Source: Okamejei kenojei
Lineage: Eukaryota
Length of the DNA: 64,000 nt
Assembly: GCA_035221665.1 (NCBI GenBank)
Contig: CM069152.1
Span: 18,724,001 to 18,788,000 of the forward strand
Reading direction: 5' to 3'
How positions within the stretch are numbered: position 1 is the stretch's first letter; each line of letters begins with the position of its first letter. Made by a program: the position numbers and the translations under genes. Positions 12,491 through 25,563 of the stretch are shown here, one piece after another. The notes under the pieces were generated by a model that saw only the letters and a list, made by a program, of their open reading frames with translations, had not been told where the DNA came from and did no database searches.

Positions 12491-14900
12491 TGGAATTTTG
12501 CTAAAGTGACGCCTTCTTTTAGACTTAAACTAGCCTCACTTATTAAATGTTTAAACGCCTCGTAATCGTTTTCGTTTTCCTTCAGCTATTCTCTCTGCTC
12601 ACGGAGATTATAGTTATCCAGATTGGGTTTTTTTTTCAAATTTGGTGCCTATTTCACACGAATAATGTAAAATAACTTATTTGTGTTCTAAAGGAAATAT
12701 TTCTAAAGTACTGTTAGGATCATCAGACAACACAACAGTTTAAAACACGTAATGTGGTATCAAAGGCACTCGGCGATGCCCGGTTAGCCATTTATTATAG
12801 ATTAATCCCATCTAATTACATTTTTAATATTCCAACGTTGCCAATTATAACTTTTCTTTGAGGGCGAAATAAAGAAACACAAGTTAGGGAGGCATTTCAA
12901 CCATCTCGCACTGCGCTGACTGTTTCAATGTATTGGACTTCGCCGATACACAAGTTGAACTATTTATTGCAAAGGGCATGTATAAAACTACCCCAGGAAA
13001 AAAACAAAACAAATTACAACGCGCAGAATTAAACTGGCTCTTCGGTCCAATCAACAGGATTAAGAAAGAACCCCGTTTAAATCTGATTTTTTTCCCCCGT
13101 ACTATTTTCTTCCTTCTAACTGGTTCTGAAATCGAATTTAATCATATTTTACTAGCAAGAGTTGTCCGGTCAGTGGATTTGCTCTGATTAAGTAACAGAA
13201 TTGACATCTGAAAAATAAAATCTCCACGGCGGCCAAACTCGTTTATGCTGCTAGGACAGATCCCAGTCTTTTGTATCTCCACTCTTTCCCACTAATTATC
13301 ACCTTCTGGAACGTGTTTCATTAAGAAGGTCCTACTTTTAGTTAATTATCAGTAGGCTAACCAAAAATAATAATGATTATGATCTGACCCTGACTGAAAG
13401 ACAGCGGAAGCCATTATGTAGCCTTCCACTCACACTCAGCTATATATTCACCTTGCTTTCTTATAATAAACAGATTTGTTTCGCTATAAACTTACTCCCA
13501 TTGAAAACGTACATTGGATTTACGGCAGAATTATTCCAATTATTCCCCATTCTTGTCTTTTCTGTACCCCGTTTTACAACCAATTATATTAATTTCCAGA
13601 AATATTACCACGAGCTATTGGGGCGGTTAACTCGGCCTCTATGCTATGTACTGTAAATGTGCATTGACACCAAGTGTGTATTTTCCGTGTGTTTTGTTCC
13701 TGACGATGAGTTCGGTTTCTACTGATCCCCCCCTAAATTCATGAAACAGCGTGGCCTTGGGCTGCCTGCAAACTGATTCTGTTTCGCCTGGGTTTACGGG
13801 CTGGATGTGTCTTCGTGCATGGGTGTAGAAGGTGCATACTGCATGCGTGCAGCAGGTATGGCTAGCCGGTATGGAGGAACGACCATGCATGCAACAAGAA
13901 GTTAAGTGGACTCCGTGCATTCCTAGTTTTAAACTTTGTTGATATGTCGGCAATAATCTCATTAACTGCAGCTGCTAATTTGGGGACTCGATAGGCGGTG
14001 CACTGGTGAATTGCGGTGACATGACTTGGTGAGGAGGTTGAGGTTGGACATTCACTTAGCGGGAATCCTTTCAAATGACTTGGTCGTAAATTGGACCCTC
14101 TGTTCCACTTGATTCAGCAGCCGTCTGGGTTTACCCAGTTGGAATGCCTTCTGTTGCTTTATGGAGCCGGGGCTAGGATCGATTATGCTCGTGCTATGCA
14201 AAGTTTGGGTAGGTTGCCCTATTAAACGGCGCTGCAGAATTGGTAGCTTTGGATATAGGGTTGAGAGATGACCATTGTTTGAATAGCTTCAGTAAAGCGC
14301 ATCTGAAAAGTACTGTGCATCTTACGTTCTTCCCCTCTATCAGTCTTCCAAAGGGGCTGTTTGCAACATAAAATGTTGGAAGTACTCTATGTTGATAAAA
14401 GAGTATTCGATCCACAATTCCCGCTCTGGTTTCTCTTCCACAGTGCAGCCTGGCCTGCCGAGTACATCCAAAATTATCCGTTTTTATTTTTGATTTCCAG
14501 AATCTGCATTTTTTTTTTTTGTCGATTGTCGGAAACAAATACACTCATGGCAGGAAGAAATGAGTTCTGTGTAACTTATTCCCTCCTGTCCCATCCCATG
14601 CAACCACAGGGGGTGGGTATCTTTTATCTCCTCGAGGTGAAGCAGTCATAGATACACTTGGACTTGTTCCGATTTACTGTGCCGTCTTTGGTCCTCCCTA
14701 TCGGGAAGATCAAACGCATATTGTTGGCCAGTTTTGCAGAGCGGGTCTGATCCTCAAGTAACCTGTTATATTTATCCCAAACCCCGCCCTGAACTCTGTG
14801 CTTTACCTCCATAACTGGCTCCACACAAGTGCGAATATCAACACAGCACCTTCCAGATCGACACTGAGCGCAAGATTGGTGCTGAACACGACCTTGTAGG

Positions 14901-15094
14901 TGTAGGAAGGAACTACAGATGCTGGTTTACACCGAAGATAGGCTCAAAATGCTGGAGTAACTCAGCGGGCCAGGCAGCATCTCTGGAGAGAAGGAATGGG
15001 TGACGTTTGGGGTCGAGTCTGAAGAAGGGTCTTGACCAGAACCGTCACTGATGCCTTCTCTCCAGAGATGCTGCCTGTCCAGCATTTTGTGACT
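14901..15094. mobile_element. Penelope-derived inverted dimer
   Basis: Two inverted arms of the repeat; TSD ACCTTGTAGGTG at 14891-14902 and 15095-15106. Confidence 0.85.
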
Positions 15095-15299
15095 ACCTTG
15101 TAGGTGCTAGATCTGCCCCCCCCCCCACGCCCCCCCCCCTCCACGCCCCCCCCCACGCCCCCCCACGCCCCCCCAATCCCCAAACACACACATGCAATTG
15201 CTCCTGTCTTGCTCATATTCATAGCAGAGTTTCCCTGATGCATCTATCCATTCAGCCTGTTCTGCTCACCTCAGATTTATTTATTCCTGCCATTAGTCT

Positions 15300-16140
15300 A
15301 TTTTATCATCCTTGATTAATCTCTTGCCACTTCCATCCAGGACTTTGATGACACTCTCGGCCACTTTCTAATTTCCTTGCACCAATCTGGCTATATCCTC
15401 CATGCCTCTCACCAAGATCAGTTGCGGCCCCTTCACTTATTCCTTGAATATAGCCCAAAACGTTCCCCTTCCACTACTATCCTTCTCGATGAACTCACTC
15501 GCACACTGAACACAACAATTCCCTTGGATCCATTTACTACTTCCAAGCAGAATGATGCTATGGGAACACATATGGATTCAGCAGTGCTTGTTGAACCTTT
15601 TCCATTTCAATCACACTCAGGTCTTCTCACTTACCTTTTTTTGTTGGAACATGTACAGAGACCATTTCTTGCTGACTCCTTGAATAAGAAAACTCCACTA
15701 CTTTTACTGCCAATTTCCACCCTGAACTTACCTTTCCACCATCCATCTATGACACTTTCCGTTTTCTTTCTCTGCCTCTGCGAAGATAGGATCACAGAAC
15801 TTTCACTAAAAGCTCACTGACTTCCACAGCTAACTTAGTTACATTTTTGCCCACTGAGCTTTTTCTAAAGACTGCATTTCATCGGCTCCTCTTTCTGTTC
15901 TGACAACGCCAACATCACACCAGTATTTCTGATGTGTCGTCCTTCTTCCGCCAAGTGTTTGCCTTCAACTGTACTTGGTATTTGATATTCCAATTGTTGC
16001 TTTAAGGTTCTCACACCTTGCCTGAACACCTCACCACCCTTCATGTTCAACCAATCTTCCCCTGCAATTTTGGGACTTCCACCAATACACTGCATTCTTC
16101 GCTCTCACCTTTCAGGAAGGTCAGCATGCTTCCTAATGCT
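15300..16140 (+). mobile_element. Old Penelope-like RT/linker remnant
   Basis: Degenerate motifs (AMGTHM resembling GVAMGTRM; a KPTDSH-like segment; IFP...LS.F linker) with many frameshifts. Confidence 0.55.
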
Positions 16141-16669
16141 CTGGATCGCTCTTCCATTCCTCCTGTTCCATCCTCTTTCTTGCTCCACCTTCCTCACTAT
16201 GCTACTGCACAACACCTCCTAAGCCACAACCCCTACCACCAAGAAGGACAAAGGCAACAGTTATGTGTGACACCACCGCAGATTCCTCTCCCTGTTGCAA
16301 GCCATCCAAATTTAGAAATATTTTGCTGTTCGTTCATTGTTGCTGAGTCTAAATGCTGAAATTCCCTCCCCAACAGTATACTTCTCCAAACAGAGCACCT
16401 TCACTGGGAGGATTGGCTTGCAAGCAATGTAAGGGTCCTAACAAATGCATAAGAAAGATAAACAGAATCCCCTTATGTAACGCTTGGATTTGGAATACCT
16501 GCTCCTTTAACAACCTCTTCTCACACTCCCACTGCTCAGTGTGACCCCCATCATTTGGCAATTGGGTGGACATTTTGGATAAGATTTCCACCCAGTCCAT
16601 AAGCATGACTATCACGCTCCCACTCTCAGCCTCTGTTCTTGGCACAAGAGCACAAACACACAAACGAGT

Positions 16670-17060
16670 AGACCACCAGGCCCCTCAAATCTACCCCACC
16701 ATTTAATATACGTAATCCTGGCTGTTCTATGCTGGCCACAACTTATCTCTATGCCAGCTACCCATAACCTTCAATTCCTTGATCTTTCAAGTATTTACCT
16801 GTCAATGTAGATATTGATCCAACCTCCACCACTCTCTGAGGCAGAGAATTCCAGCGTTTCAGTACCGTCTGAGAGTAGTGATTTCTAGGTATGCAGACAC
16901 ACCTCAATTATCAAGTGATTCTTTGTAGCGATATCCCCTGATCGTGACTCTCCCACTCATGAAAACGTCCCAGCATCTTCCCTGTCCAGTCACCTTAAGA
17001 TCTTATATGTTTGAATAAGGTCACCCCTCATTCCTCTTAACTCCAAGGAACACAAACCCT
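16670..17060 (-). mobile_element. CR1 LINE 3' fragment
   Basis: Degenerate inverse of the CR1 3' end at 35833-36300. Confidence 0.65.
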
Positions 17061-17107
17061 CTCACCGCAGGAATTATTCTGATGAATTTCCTTTGAATTG
17101 TTTCCTG

Positions 17108-17410
17108 GGTGTGACAGTGATGTAGCAGATAGAGCTGCTGCCTCATGCTGCCTTAGACCAGCGGTTGATCCCAACCTCAGGTGCTGTCTGTATGGAGTTT
17201 GCTACTATTCCCAGTGATCACATGGGTTTTCTTCAGGTGCTCTGGTTTCCTCCAACATTCCAGCTTTGTAGATTAATTAAACTCTGTAAATTGCCTCTGG
17301 TGTGTATTAAATGGATGTAAAAGTGGGATAACATAGAACTAGGGTGAACGGGTGATTGATGGATTTTGTGTGCTGAAGTTGTATTCATGCTGTATCTTTC
17401 AATCAAACAA
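17108..17410 (+). mobile_element. tRNA-derived V-SINE (HE1-like)
   Basis: tRNA-like head, V-domain (GTCTGTATGGAGTTTG...GGTGCTCTGGTTTCCTCC), tail ...GCTGTATCT(TTCAATC). Confidence 0.75.
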
Positions 17411-18819
17411 TCAACAATCTCTTTTACGCCCTATCCAAAGTCTCCACATCCTAGCTGTAATGTGGAAGCAAGAACGGCAAACAATACATAAAAAATGGCA
17501 TAACCCAAGTTTTATATAGATGCAATGATTCCCAACGTTTATACTCAATGCCTAGACCGATGAAAGAAAGAAGCCATATGCCTCCCAGCTCAGTAATTCT
17601 GCCCTCCCCTCTCCGCTCCTTCCTCTTCTAACCCATGGACACGTAATCATTCCCAGCTCCCATATTAGATCATCTTGAATGTGAAATGTGAATTTTCTTT
17701 CACTCTCCACAGAAGCTGCCTGATCTGCTGATTATTTCCAGCATTTTAAAAACAAAACAAATTATATAGAGTTGTAAAATGCATTATATATGGGATCTGT
17801 AATATGGTTTCACCCATGAACTGAATTTAATTGGTCCAGTGCTCAGGTAGTTTGTGTCATAGAGGATGCAACACAGAACTGGGCTCGTCAGCCCATAAAG
17901 TCCACACTGACCCCAATTTACACGCAACCCCTGTTTTCATTAATCCTATATTAATCCCTTTTTTTAAACCAGAATTTAAACACCACTATCACAGGTTATG
18001 TGCTTTCCCAATCTTCAACTTGTTTTGTATAATTTGGCTTCTGATTCATTCTGAAATTAGTAATATTACTTTAAATGATTTTCCAGTCAATAGTAAGATT
18101 ATTGAGATTAGATAGTGTGCTGGTATGATGTAGCGGTGTGAGTGATTCGGATTAGGTGTAATGATTACCAGTAGGGGTTATCGTTAGTGATTAGAGAGGA
18201 CTGGATTTACAGGAAAGTGTTATGTTTATTGTTAATTGTTTGAATTAGTTTAAGAGATTTAGTGCTCAGATCTTAGTGGCTGAGGTAAGATATTAGAACA
18301 TAAGTACCGCTATCACTAGTTATCTATTTTTCATATGTTTTTAACCTTGCACTGACCAGTGGTACCATAGAAACTGCAGCTGGCTTCATAAGGAATCCTG
18401 TTCACAGCCATAGACAGATTTCAGCATAGAGCGCAGTCTCTTGATGGAAATTGTACCTGAATATGGGGTTGCATTTATGAACCAAGTTTGTGTTAAATTG
18501 GAAGTAGCCCCTCGATTTGTTTCATTAAATCGGTTACTGAGTTGCCATTTATGGACAAGTGGATTTAGATAACGGATACACCATGATCTATTTGAATGGT
18601 TTACCCCCATTTGCTATGTTCCAAGTTCTAATTCATTTTCGTCCCTTCAAAATGGCACGAGAAATGTAATTAACATTTACAGACAAAAACTTACATTAAA
18701 AAAATCTTCAATTTTGGATTCTCCCCCTCGGTAGTCACTGATTGCAAAATACTTTAAGAGCAGCAGCCCCCCCCCCCCCCCCCCCCCCCAAAAACCCTAG
18801 AACCTAGATTGGGCAACAT

Positions 18820-19220
18820 AGTGTAAACTGTGACACCAATTGTAAACATTTCATACATTCAGTGCAACAGTATGGAGGTTCCTTTATTCACTGCCACAAT
18901 GTAAACAGTCCCAATATTGAGCATTTGATGTAAACAGCCCAGAGATAGTGTCAAAATTGTAAATACTGTAGTCCCTGCATTTACTTCACAGTTTGAGCCC
19001 CAGTGTAAACTGTATACCAATTGGGAACCATTTTGTAAACAGCTCTGGATTGGCTTCTCAGTGCAAATAATCCCCAGATTTTATTTTACAATGTAAAGAG
19101 TCCCCAGATAAGGTGCCACAGTGTAAATATTTCCCACACTTGTTTCTCCAGTGTAAATCCCTAGATTGCTTGTTGCAGTGTAAAGGCTCTCCATATTGGG
19201 TGTGGCATGGTAAATATTCA
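18820..19220 (+). repeat. Degenerate ~30-bp minisatellite with TGTAAAYA cores
   Basis: About 13 (C)AGTGTAAA-like units spaced ~29-30 bp (e.g. 19061, 19091, 19121, 19151). Confidence 0.7.
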
Positions 19221-19344
19221 CAAGTTATAGGAGTGGAACTAGGCCATTCGGACCAGCGAGTCTCTCCAGCGTTCAATTACGAAAAGCAGAGCTGGCTGGG
19301 TGTTTTGCAGCGTGACTTGGTCTTCCCTTTCCATACTTCGAGTT

Positions 19345-19446
19345 TTCCTCTCCCCTGACTTTCAGTCTGAAGAAGGGTCTTAACCTGAAACATCACCAGT
19401 TATTTTTCTCCGTAGATGCTGCCTGACCTGCTGAATTACTCCACCA
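19345..19446 (+). mobile_element. Penelope-like terminal repeat, degenerate hammerhead
   Basis: CAGTCTGAAGAAGGGTCTTAACCTGAAACATCACC...GATGCTGCCTGACCTGCTG. Confidence 0.75.
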
Positions 19447-19754
19447 TCTTCCATGTTCTTTCCAAAGTTGGTGCATCAGGGGTGTGCTGGAATGCTTGCG
19501 AGGATGAGTACAGCTCCAGCAACACTCAACTAGCTCTAGATGATCCAGTTCTAAATAGCTGCCGACCATCAGCTCAGTTACCACCCAAAACCGTCACTCA
19601 TTCCACCATTCCTCACCTACAGTGCATCACAACTCCAGGGTGCACTGGAATAATTACCAAAGCTTCTTCAACATGCCTCCCAGATACCTGGCCACCGGCT
19701 GTAGGAACAGTGGTGGCAAGGACCGGAATAACATCCTTGCAGGTACCTCTCCAT

Positions 19755-19942
19755 ATAGAAACATAGATACATAGAAAACAGAAAAAAAATAGGTGCAGGA
19801 GTAGACCATTCGGCCCTTCGAGCCAACACTGCCATTGAACATAATAATGGCTGATCATCTAAAATCAGTTCCCTGTTCCTGCTTTTTCCCCATATCCCTT
19901 GATTCCCTTAGCCATAAGAGCTAAATCTAACTCTCTCTTGAA
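19755..19942 (-). mobile_element. CR1 (HER1-like) 3' end
   Basis: (ATAGAAAC)n tail plus AGGTGCAGGAGTAG.CCATTCGGCCCTTCGAGCC; inverse of 36130-36300. Confidence 0.85.
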
Positions 19943-21737
19943 AAATATCACACACCTTCCTTACTTGTCTGTTATACCGCTGATCCCTCAGTGTCATTTG
20001 ATCTAATGCTGAACCCTGTACCTCATGGTACTATGGAACTGTCTATACACATGGACCACACTTGTTTAAGAAAGCAGCTCAGCACCATTTTTACAAACTC
20101 GTGGAAGAAACAGACCCTATAGCCCACCTTGTCCACTCCAGCAGTTGCACCCATTAATCCCACCTGCATTGGGCCCAGAGCTTTCCACAGTAATAATAAT
20201 CCAATGAGAATGGTGAATAAATGCCCAGATATCACCTGCAACCAGTTGGTGCATCATACTGCACATCAGATGGAGTGTTGGCTCCCCATAGTATATTTGC
20301 ATTAGATGATTAGTCTATGACACAGTCTGTTGTGATTAGGTGGTTTGATAGTAGAGTAATTGGTATGGCCTGTTATTTATTGTAAATTTGGAATAGGTTG
20401 CTCAGTAATGACAGTGAGATTTGGTATATTGAGATTAGACAGTACACGTGGAACATTTGGGGCCAGGCTTTGCTGATAGTGACCATTACTTGTGCCCAGA
20501 GGTTTGATAGGTTTGGTGTGCAGGATTTGGAAGGTTGAGGTTAGAAGATTGAGATTTATTGATGATAAATTGGATTTAAGCAACGGATACATCAGACTGG
20601 AGCAATGGCACCGTTCCTAAAATCCGTGGTGGGTTTATCCTGGGCTTTAAATCAGATCAGCCTTCGGAAAGACATCTTTCCCAAATGAATCTTATCGAAA
20701 GTCATAAATTCCTCCGAGGAATCTGAACAGTTCCATGTTCCTGTTGGAGAGAGGACCTCGTCTTCGTTGCAGATCACATTTTGGAAAGGAGAAATGGGCT
20801 GAGATATGTTGTTGGAAGCTTGCTGCAGACCGGGTGAAATCAGACAACAATCTCCGCGACCCAAGGGACGTTTCCGAGCAACTTTGATGGAGGTTCCTGG
20901 TAAGTTTATAGCGGGGGGCGCGGGCAGAATTTCAACATTAAAAGAGGCGGATAGAGAGCGGTCGGCTTGGTGCTAATTGAAATACATTCTTATTTAAAAG
21001 CGCTTTACTCCACAGTTCCCAGGCGGTTCAAACGGCACATATCTGGACTGGACAGGCTCAGATTAACAAAGGTTATGCAGGGGAGGCACAAGTGCATTCG
21101 TTCCATTTAAGAACCTACTTCGGTTACACGGAAACTATGGTCTGGTGATTCCAATCTCTCTGTCCATTTCGGGAACGCGGATAATCCCAACACTCGAGAT
21201 GGAAATGGGGATCGGGGAGGGTGGGGGAAGAGATAGGGACACTTGTACAGCGGGTAGCCGCGCACACCAGTCTAGCACTGACGCTAATTATATGTGGGAT
21301 GGGGGGGGGGGTGGGGGGGGGGGGGGGGGGGGAGCAGGGAGAGCAAAGGACGCGATCGTTTGTTTCAATTAAACACAACAACTGAATGGATAATCAGTTG
21401 AAGTGCCGAGGCCGGAGCATTATCAAAGAATAGAGCTCAAGGATATTTAATGAAAGCTCGAGCTAACAAGATTACTACAGAATGCTCTGGTCACCGGATC
21501 AAAAGCAATGTTGGGGCCAGGTAGCAATTCACAGCAACTTTCCGTTTCCATCTAATCTCAAGCAGTCTCGCAGGTTTAGTTTTGTCATTTGTCCGGTTTA
21601 TTTTTCCCCATCTCACCTCTGGTTCTCTCTTCACATTGTAAATATATTTTCCCCTAATTAACATTCATGTTCTCTGTCCGGTTCTCGCCCTCTTTCCGTC
21701 ATTCTTCGCGACCTTTCACCAATCCTAGTCGCCTCCT

Positions 21738-21818
21738 AGAAACATAGAAACATAGAAATTAGGTGCAGGAGCAGGCCATTCGGCCCTTCGAGCCTGCACC
21801 GCCATTCAATATGATCAT
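21738..21818 (-). mobile_element. CR1 extreme 3' end
   Basis: TAGAAACATAGAAACATAGAAA tail plus GGCCATTCGGCCCTTCGAGCCTGCACCGCCATTCAATATGATCATG. Confidence 0.85.
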
Positions 21819-22502
21819 GTCCTCTCCCGTGATGTATCTCCCACTTTCGCCCCCTTACCATGAATACTCCGCTCTTGGCATCCCTTATATATCTTCGTCT
21901 TCTCCCTTTCCCATACCTCACCTTCTGTCTTTCTCAACAACATCCCCTCCCGCTTTCCTTCCTCACCCCATCTCCCTCTCCTTTTCCGCTCTTCTTCATC
22001 CTCTCCATCCCTCTCCCTTCTCTGTCGACGCCGCCCTCCCTCAAAGCCCACTCCCTCTCAAACTGTCCCTCCCCTTCTCCCACCAGCCAACTTGCACCCA
22101 AGGTAGTTCCATGTCATTGAGAGGACGGATCACAAAGTTTGACCTTCGCGAAAGAACCTCCTCAATGTACGAGCAATCCGCTGGCCAGGATGAAGAGTTA
22201 AAGTTAATGAAGAAACCGCCGTGGCCCGTCCCTTTGATCTGATTGTTACGGGGGTTCAATAGGACCATGTGTTACTTGATTAATTCCCATTCTTAAAGAA
22301 AAAACAATCTAGACAGAGGCCATATGGCGATGAAATCTCATTTAACAAGCGAGCCCGCTTCAGACGTTGCGCTGGGCTGTCTGCCGGCTGGATGCGTTTT
22401 GTTCTCTCTGCCGAGACAGAGAGACTGGCTCCGGGAGCCCTGACCCTCCGTCCCGCACTGCTGGAGTTAGCGAGGTGCGGAGACGTCCTGCCCGGGAGAT
22501 CT

Positions 22503-22736
22503 TAAGATCATAAGTGATCGGAGCAGATTTTGGCCATTCGGCCCAACAAGTCTACTCCGCATTCAATCTATCCCCCCCCCCCCCCCCCCCAAAAAAAACC
22601 CCTATTCTCCTGCCTGTTCCCCATAACCTCTGACACCTGCACTAATCAAGAATTCTATCTGTCTCTGCCTTAGAAATGTCCACGGACTGGCGACCTCCAC
22701 AGCCTTCTGTGGCAAATAATTCCACAGATTCACCAC
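22503..22736 (-). mobile_element. CR1 3' fragment
   Basis: GGCCATTCGGCCCA...CCTCCACAGCCTTCTGTGGCAAA..ATTCCACAGATTCACCAC. Confidence 0.8.
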
Positions 22737-23861
22737 CGGAGATGGGTGACCAGTCCCGGGTTAAGGGGACTCTCTCTCTCTCTCTCTCCGGTGCACACAC
22801 TTCCAGTCTCCTCACAAGTTTCCTTTTACCCCCGCTCCCAACGCTGCCTGCGTTTTTTGTTTTTTTTTGCTGTCAGTTTTATTTCATTTTTCTTGCAACC
22901 ACCACAATCGCTCTGACCAAAAGGTTTACACTGGCCCATCTTTTACCCGCTTCCTCTCCCTCTCCCCGAAGTTCAACATTATTGGACACGTCCGTCCGAC
23001 TGTCTTGTCTCGGTTTAGTTCCTGCTCCGACATTGCTTACATTTCCACCACCCCCCGTATGACATTGTAGTAACCATTTCTTGTACCGTCTGTGTCATGG
23101 GTGGTACAACACAGAAACGGGCCCTTCGCTACCTTTATGCCCATCTACGCTCATTCCATGTGTCTGCCTTCTGCCCATGCATGGTTCTGTCTAGCCTATT
23201 TACCTGTACCTCTTAGTTGCTGTGCATACAGCAATAAACTCGACACAACTTGACCGTCTAATAAGTGCCTGTCGAAATTCCGCTTAAATGTAATGGTTGT
23301 GTCTGACTTCACTTTTTTTTTTGCCCTGATACCTTGTATTTGCGCACTTTTTTTCTTTTCACTGTTCTGTAAATTTGTGTCATTTATGTATAATATATTA
23401 TGTGTTCGCTGAGTCTGTTCCTGTGATTCTGCTGAAAGCAAGATTTTCTTTGTACCTGAATCTCAGCTGCACTTGAGAACATGGCCACACACTTCACTTG
23501 ATTCCTCTGTCGGGGAGTTCCAGATACCATACTCTACTTTTGTCTGAGGGACTGTACTGTGCATCCAGTTGCCATTCTCTGTGTAAAAAAACTTTAATCT
23601 CAAATTCCTCTAGAACTCCTTCTGCTCCTTAAACCAATGTTTTCCTTTTAATTTCTCTACTGAGGATAAAAGATTCCACCCTATCTTGGCCTCTTATAAC
23701 TTTACCTCACTTTTCGTCTCCAGGGAAAATAAATGCACCCCTACCAACCTCTCCCCATAACTGACGTCCTTCAATCAAAACAATGCCCGGTTGCATCTCC
23801 TCGGTACTCTCCAGTGTAACCACATCTTTCTGTGCGGCAACCCAGAACAGTGCACAACACA

Positions 23862-24060
23862 TGTAGGAAGGAACTGCAGGTGCTGGTTTACACCGAGGAG
23901 AGACACAACATGCTGGAGTAACTCAGTGGGATAGGAATGAGAAGGAATAGGTGAGTTTCGTTTCTTCAGACGAACGGTCTTGACCTGAAATGTCACCCAT
24001 TCCTTCTTTCCAGAGATGCTGCCTGTCCCACTGAGTTACTCCAGCATTTTGTGTCTATCT
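23862..24060. mobile_element. Penelope-derived inverted dimer
   Basis: Inverted arms; probable TSD GTGCACAACAC (23850-23860) / GTGCTCAACAC (24064-24074). Confidence 0.85.
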
Positions 24061-24689
24061 GCTGTGCTCAACACTCAGTTTTCAATATAATGTTAGTAAC
24101 ATGTTTGCAATCTGCTTCACCTCCAGTCCAGTTTCTGTACCTCTCAATGGTCACTTTCCATGCTTGTATCCCTGTTTAATTTTTACACCTCCTTGATAGT
24201 TTATTTGTTTTTTTGGTTCAGTTGATGTCTCTCATTCTCTTTCTCAAGCGTGCCCTCTCCAAGCTTCCACAGGCTGCTTCCTGACTTGGAATGAACCCTG
24301 TTCACCTGCTGGTCTCTGCTCATGCCCAGTAACACTATGACCATGTAACTAACCTGGTTTGCTCATTCCTGCAGTTTAATTCAGGAGTGAACTGAATGTG
24401 TGGTCAGGGCAGTGTGGGTCTCTGATAATGATGATGGTTGCCTTTTTGAGGCAGCGACTCCTGTAGATCCTTTTTGATAAATCCGTTACATTCACATCCA
24501 ATTCACATTTTTTTCTCTGCATAGCTTCTGGTTTAATTCTACACTCCCTCTTTTCCTATAAATTAGTTAGCTTTGCCGCTCACATTTTATATTCAATATA
24601 TCACTGATTTCAATCTTGGCTTAGTTGCTGCCTCTCAGGTTTTGATCTTTCTGCTAGGTTGTTCTCCTTGTCCCCTATTACACGAAACC

Positions 24690-25075
24690 CCAGAATCCGT
24701 TGCCCCTGTGCTCACTGATCCACACTGGCTCCTGGTCCACTAACATTTCCATTTTAACATTTTCACCCTGCTTTCAAATCCTTCCTTGACCTCAATCATT
24801 TTTATCTTTGTCAACTCGCTGAGTCCTGTTAGATCCCTGCGTTGCTTCGAGTCTGGTTTTTCACACTTCTGATTTTCATCATTTCACTTCTGTTGTGCAT
24901 TCCTTCCACTATTTACTCCTCAGGTTTTGGTCTCATCCTTTTAGTCCTCACCACGTCTCTGAAGATCCCCCTTTGGTGACAAAGTTTATGTTTATCTCAT
25001 CCTATGATTACTTTGTGGTTCAGGTCAACAGCACATTTCACGACATTAAAGCCACAATATTAAATAAACGTTGCA
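24690..25075 (+). mobile_element. L2 LINE 3' remnant
   Basis: Degenerate PVL.D.HWL...FK.F.L.FKSL..L motif typical of the L2 ORF2 C-terminus, followed by an L2-like tail. Confidence 0.55.
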
Positions 25076-25563
25076 GTTTTCATTTATCTATTTCGGTTTT
25101 TGTGTATCACTCAGTTTATTTTTCAAGTACACACCACCGTTTCATTTTTGTAGCTCTCCTGGAGTTCAGATTTCCAAAAGTTGTTTGTTTTGTAATCACA
25201 CTGTTTAGATACTGTATGTCTCTCTCAATGTTGTTTTCATTTTACAGTAGAATTTTCTCTCTTGGGTCAGATTTTGAATTTCTTACACCTGTGTGTCTGC
25301 TTCACCTTGATAATATAGCTTCTGTTTCACCTTCAGTTCATATTTTGTTTCACTTCAATCATTTTTATGTATTTTACAGTTTGGACATTTTACCTCAGTT
25401 TGTTTTCTTCACCTGCCTTTCAGAACTCATTATTACGAGCCCTTTCAAGCCATTTTGGAAGAATAGAAACATAGAATACCATTCAAATTTTATGAATGGT
25501 ACAGCAAAAAATGCTTTGTCTTTATAATAATTAATGATATAAATTAAAAATTCTCACTATGAT

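Noticed and set aside
24895-25527. 210-aa Phe-rich ORF
   Set aside because: Overlaps an L2 tail and a T-rich degenerate array; GTG start and no domain motif.
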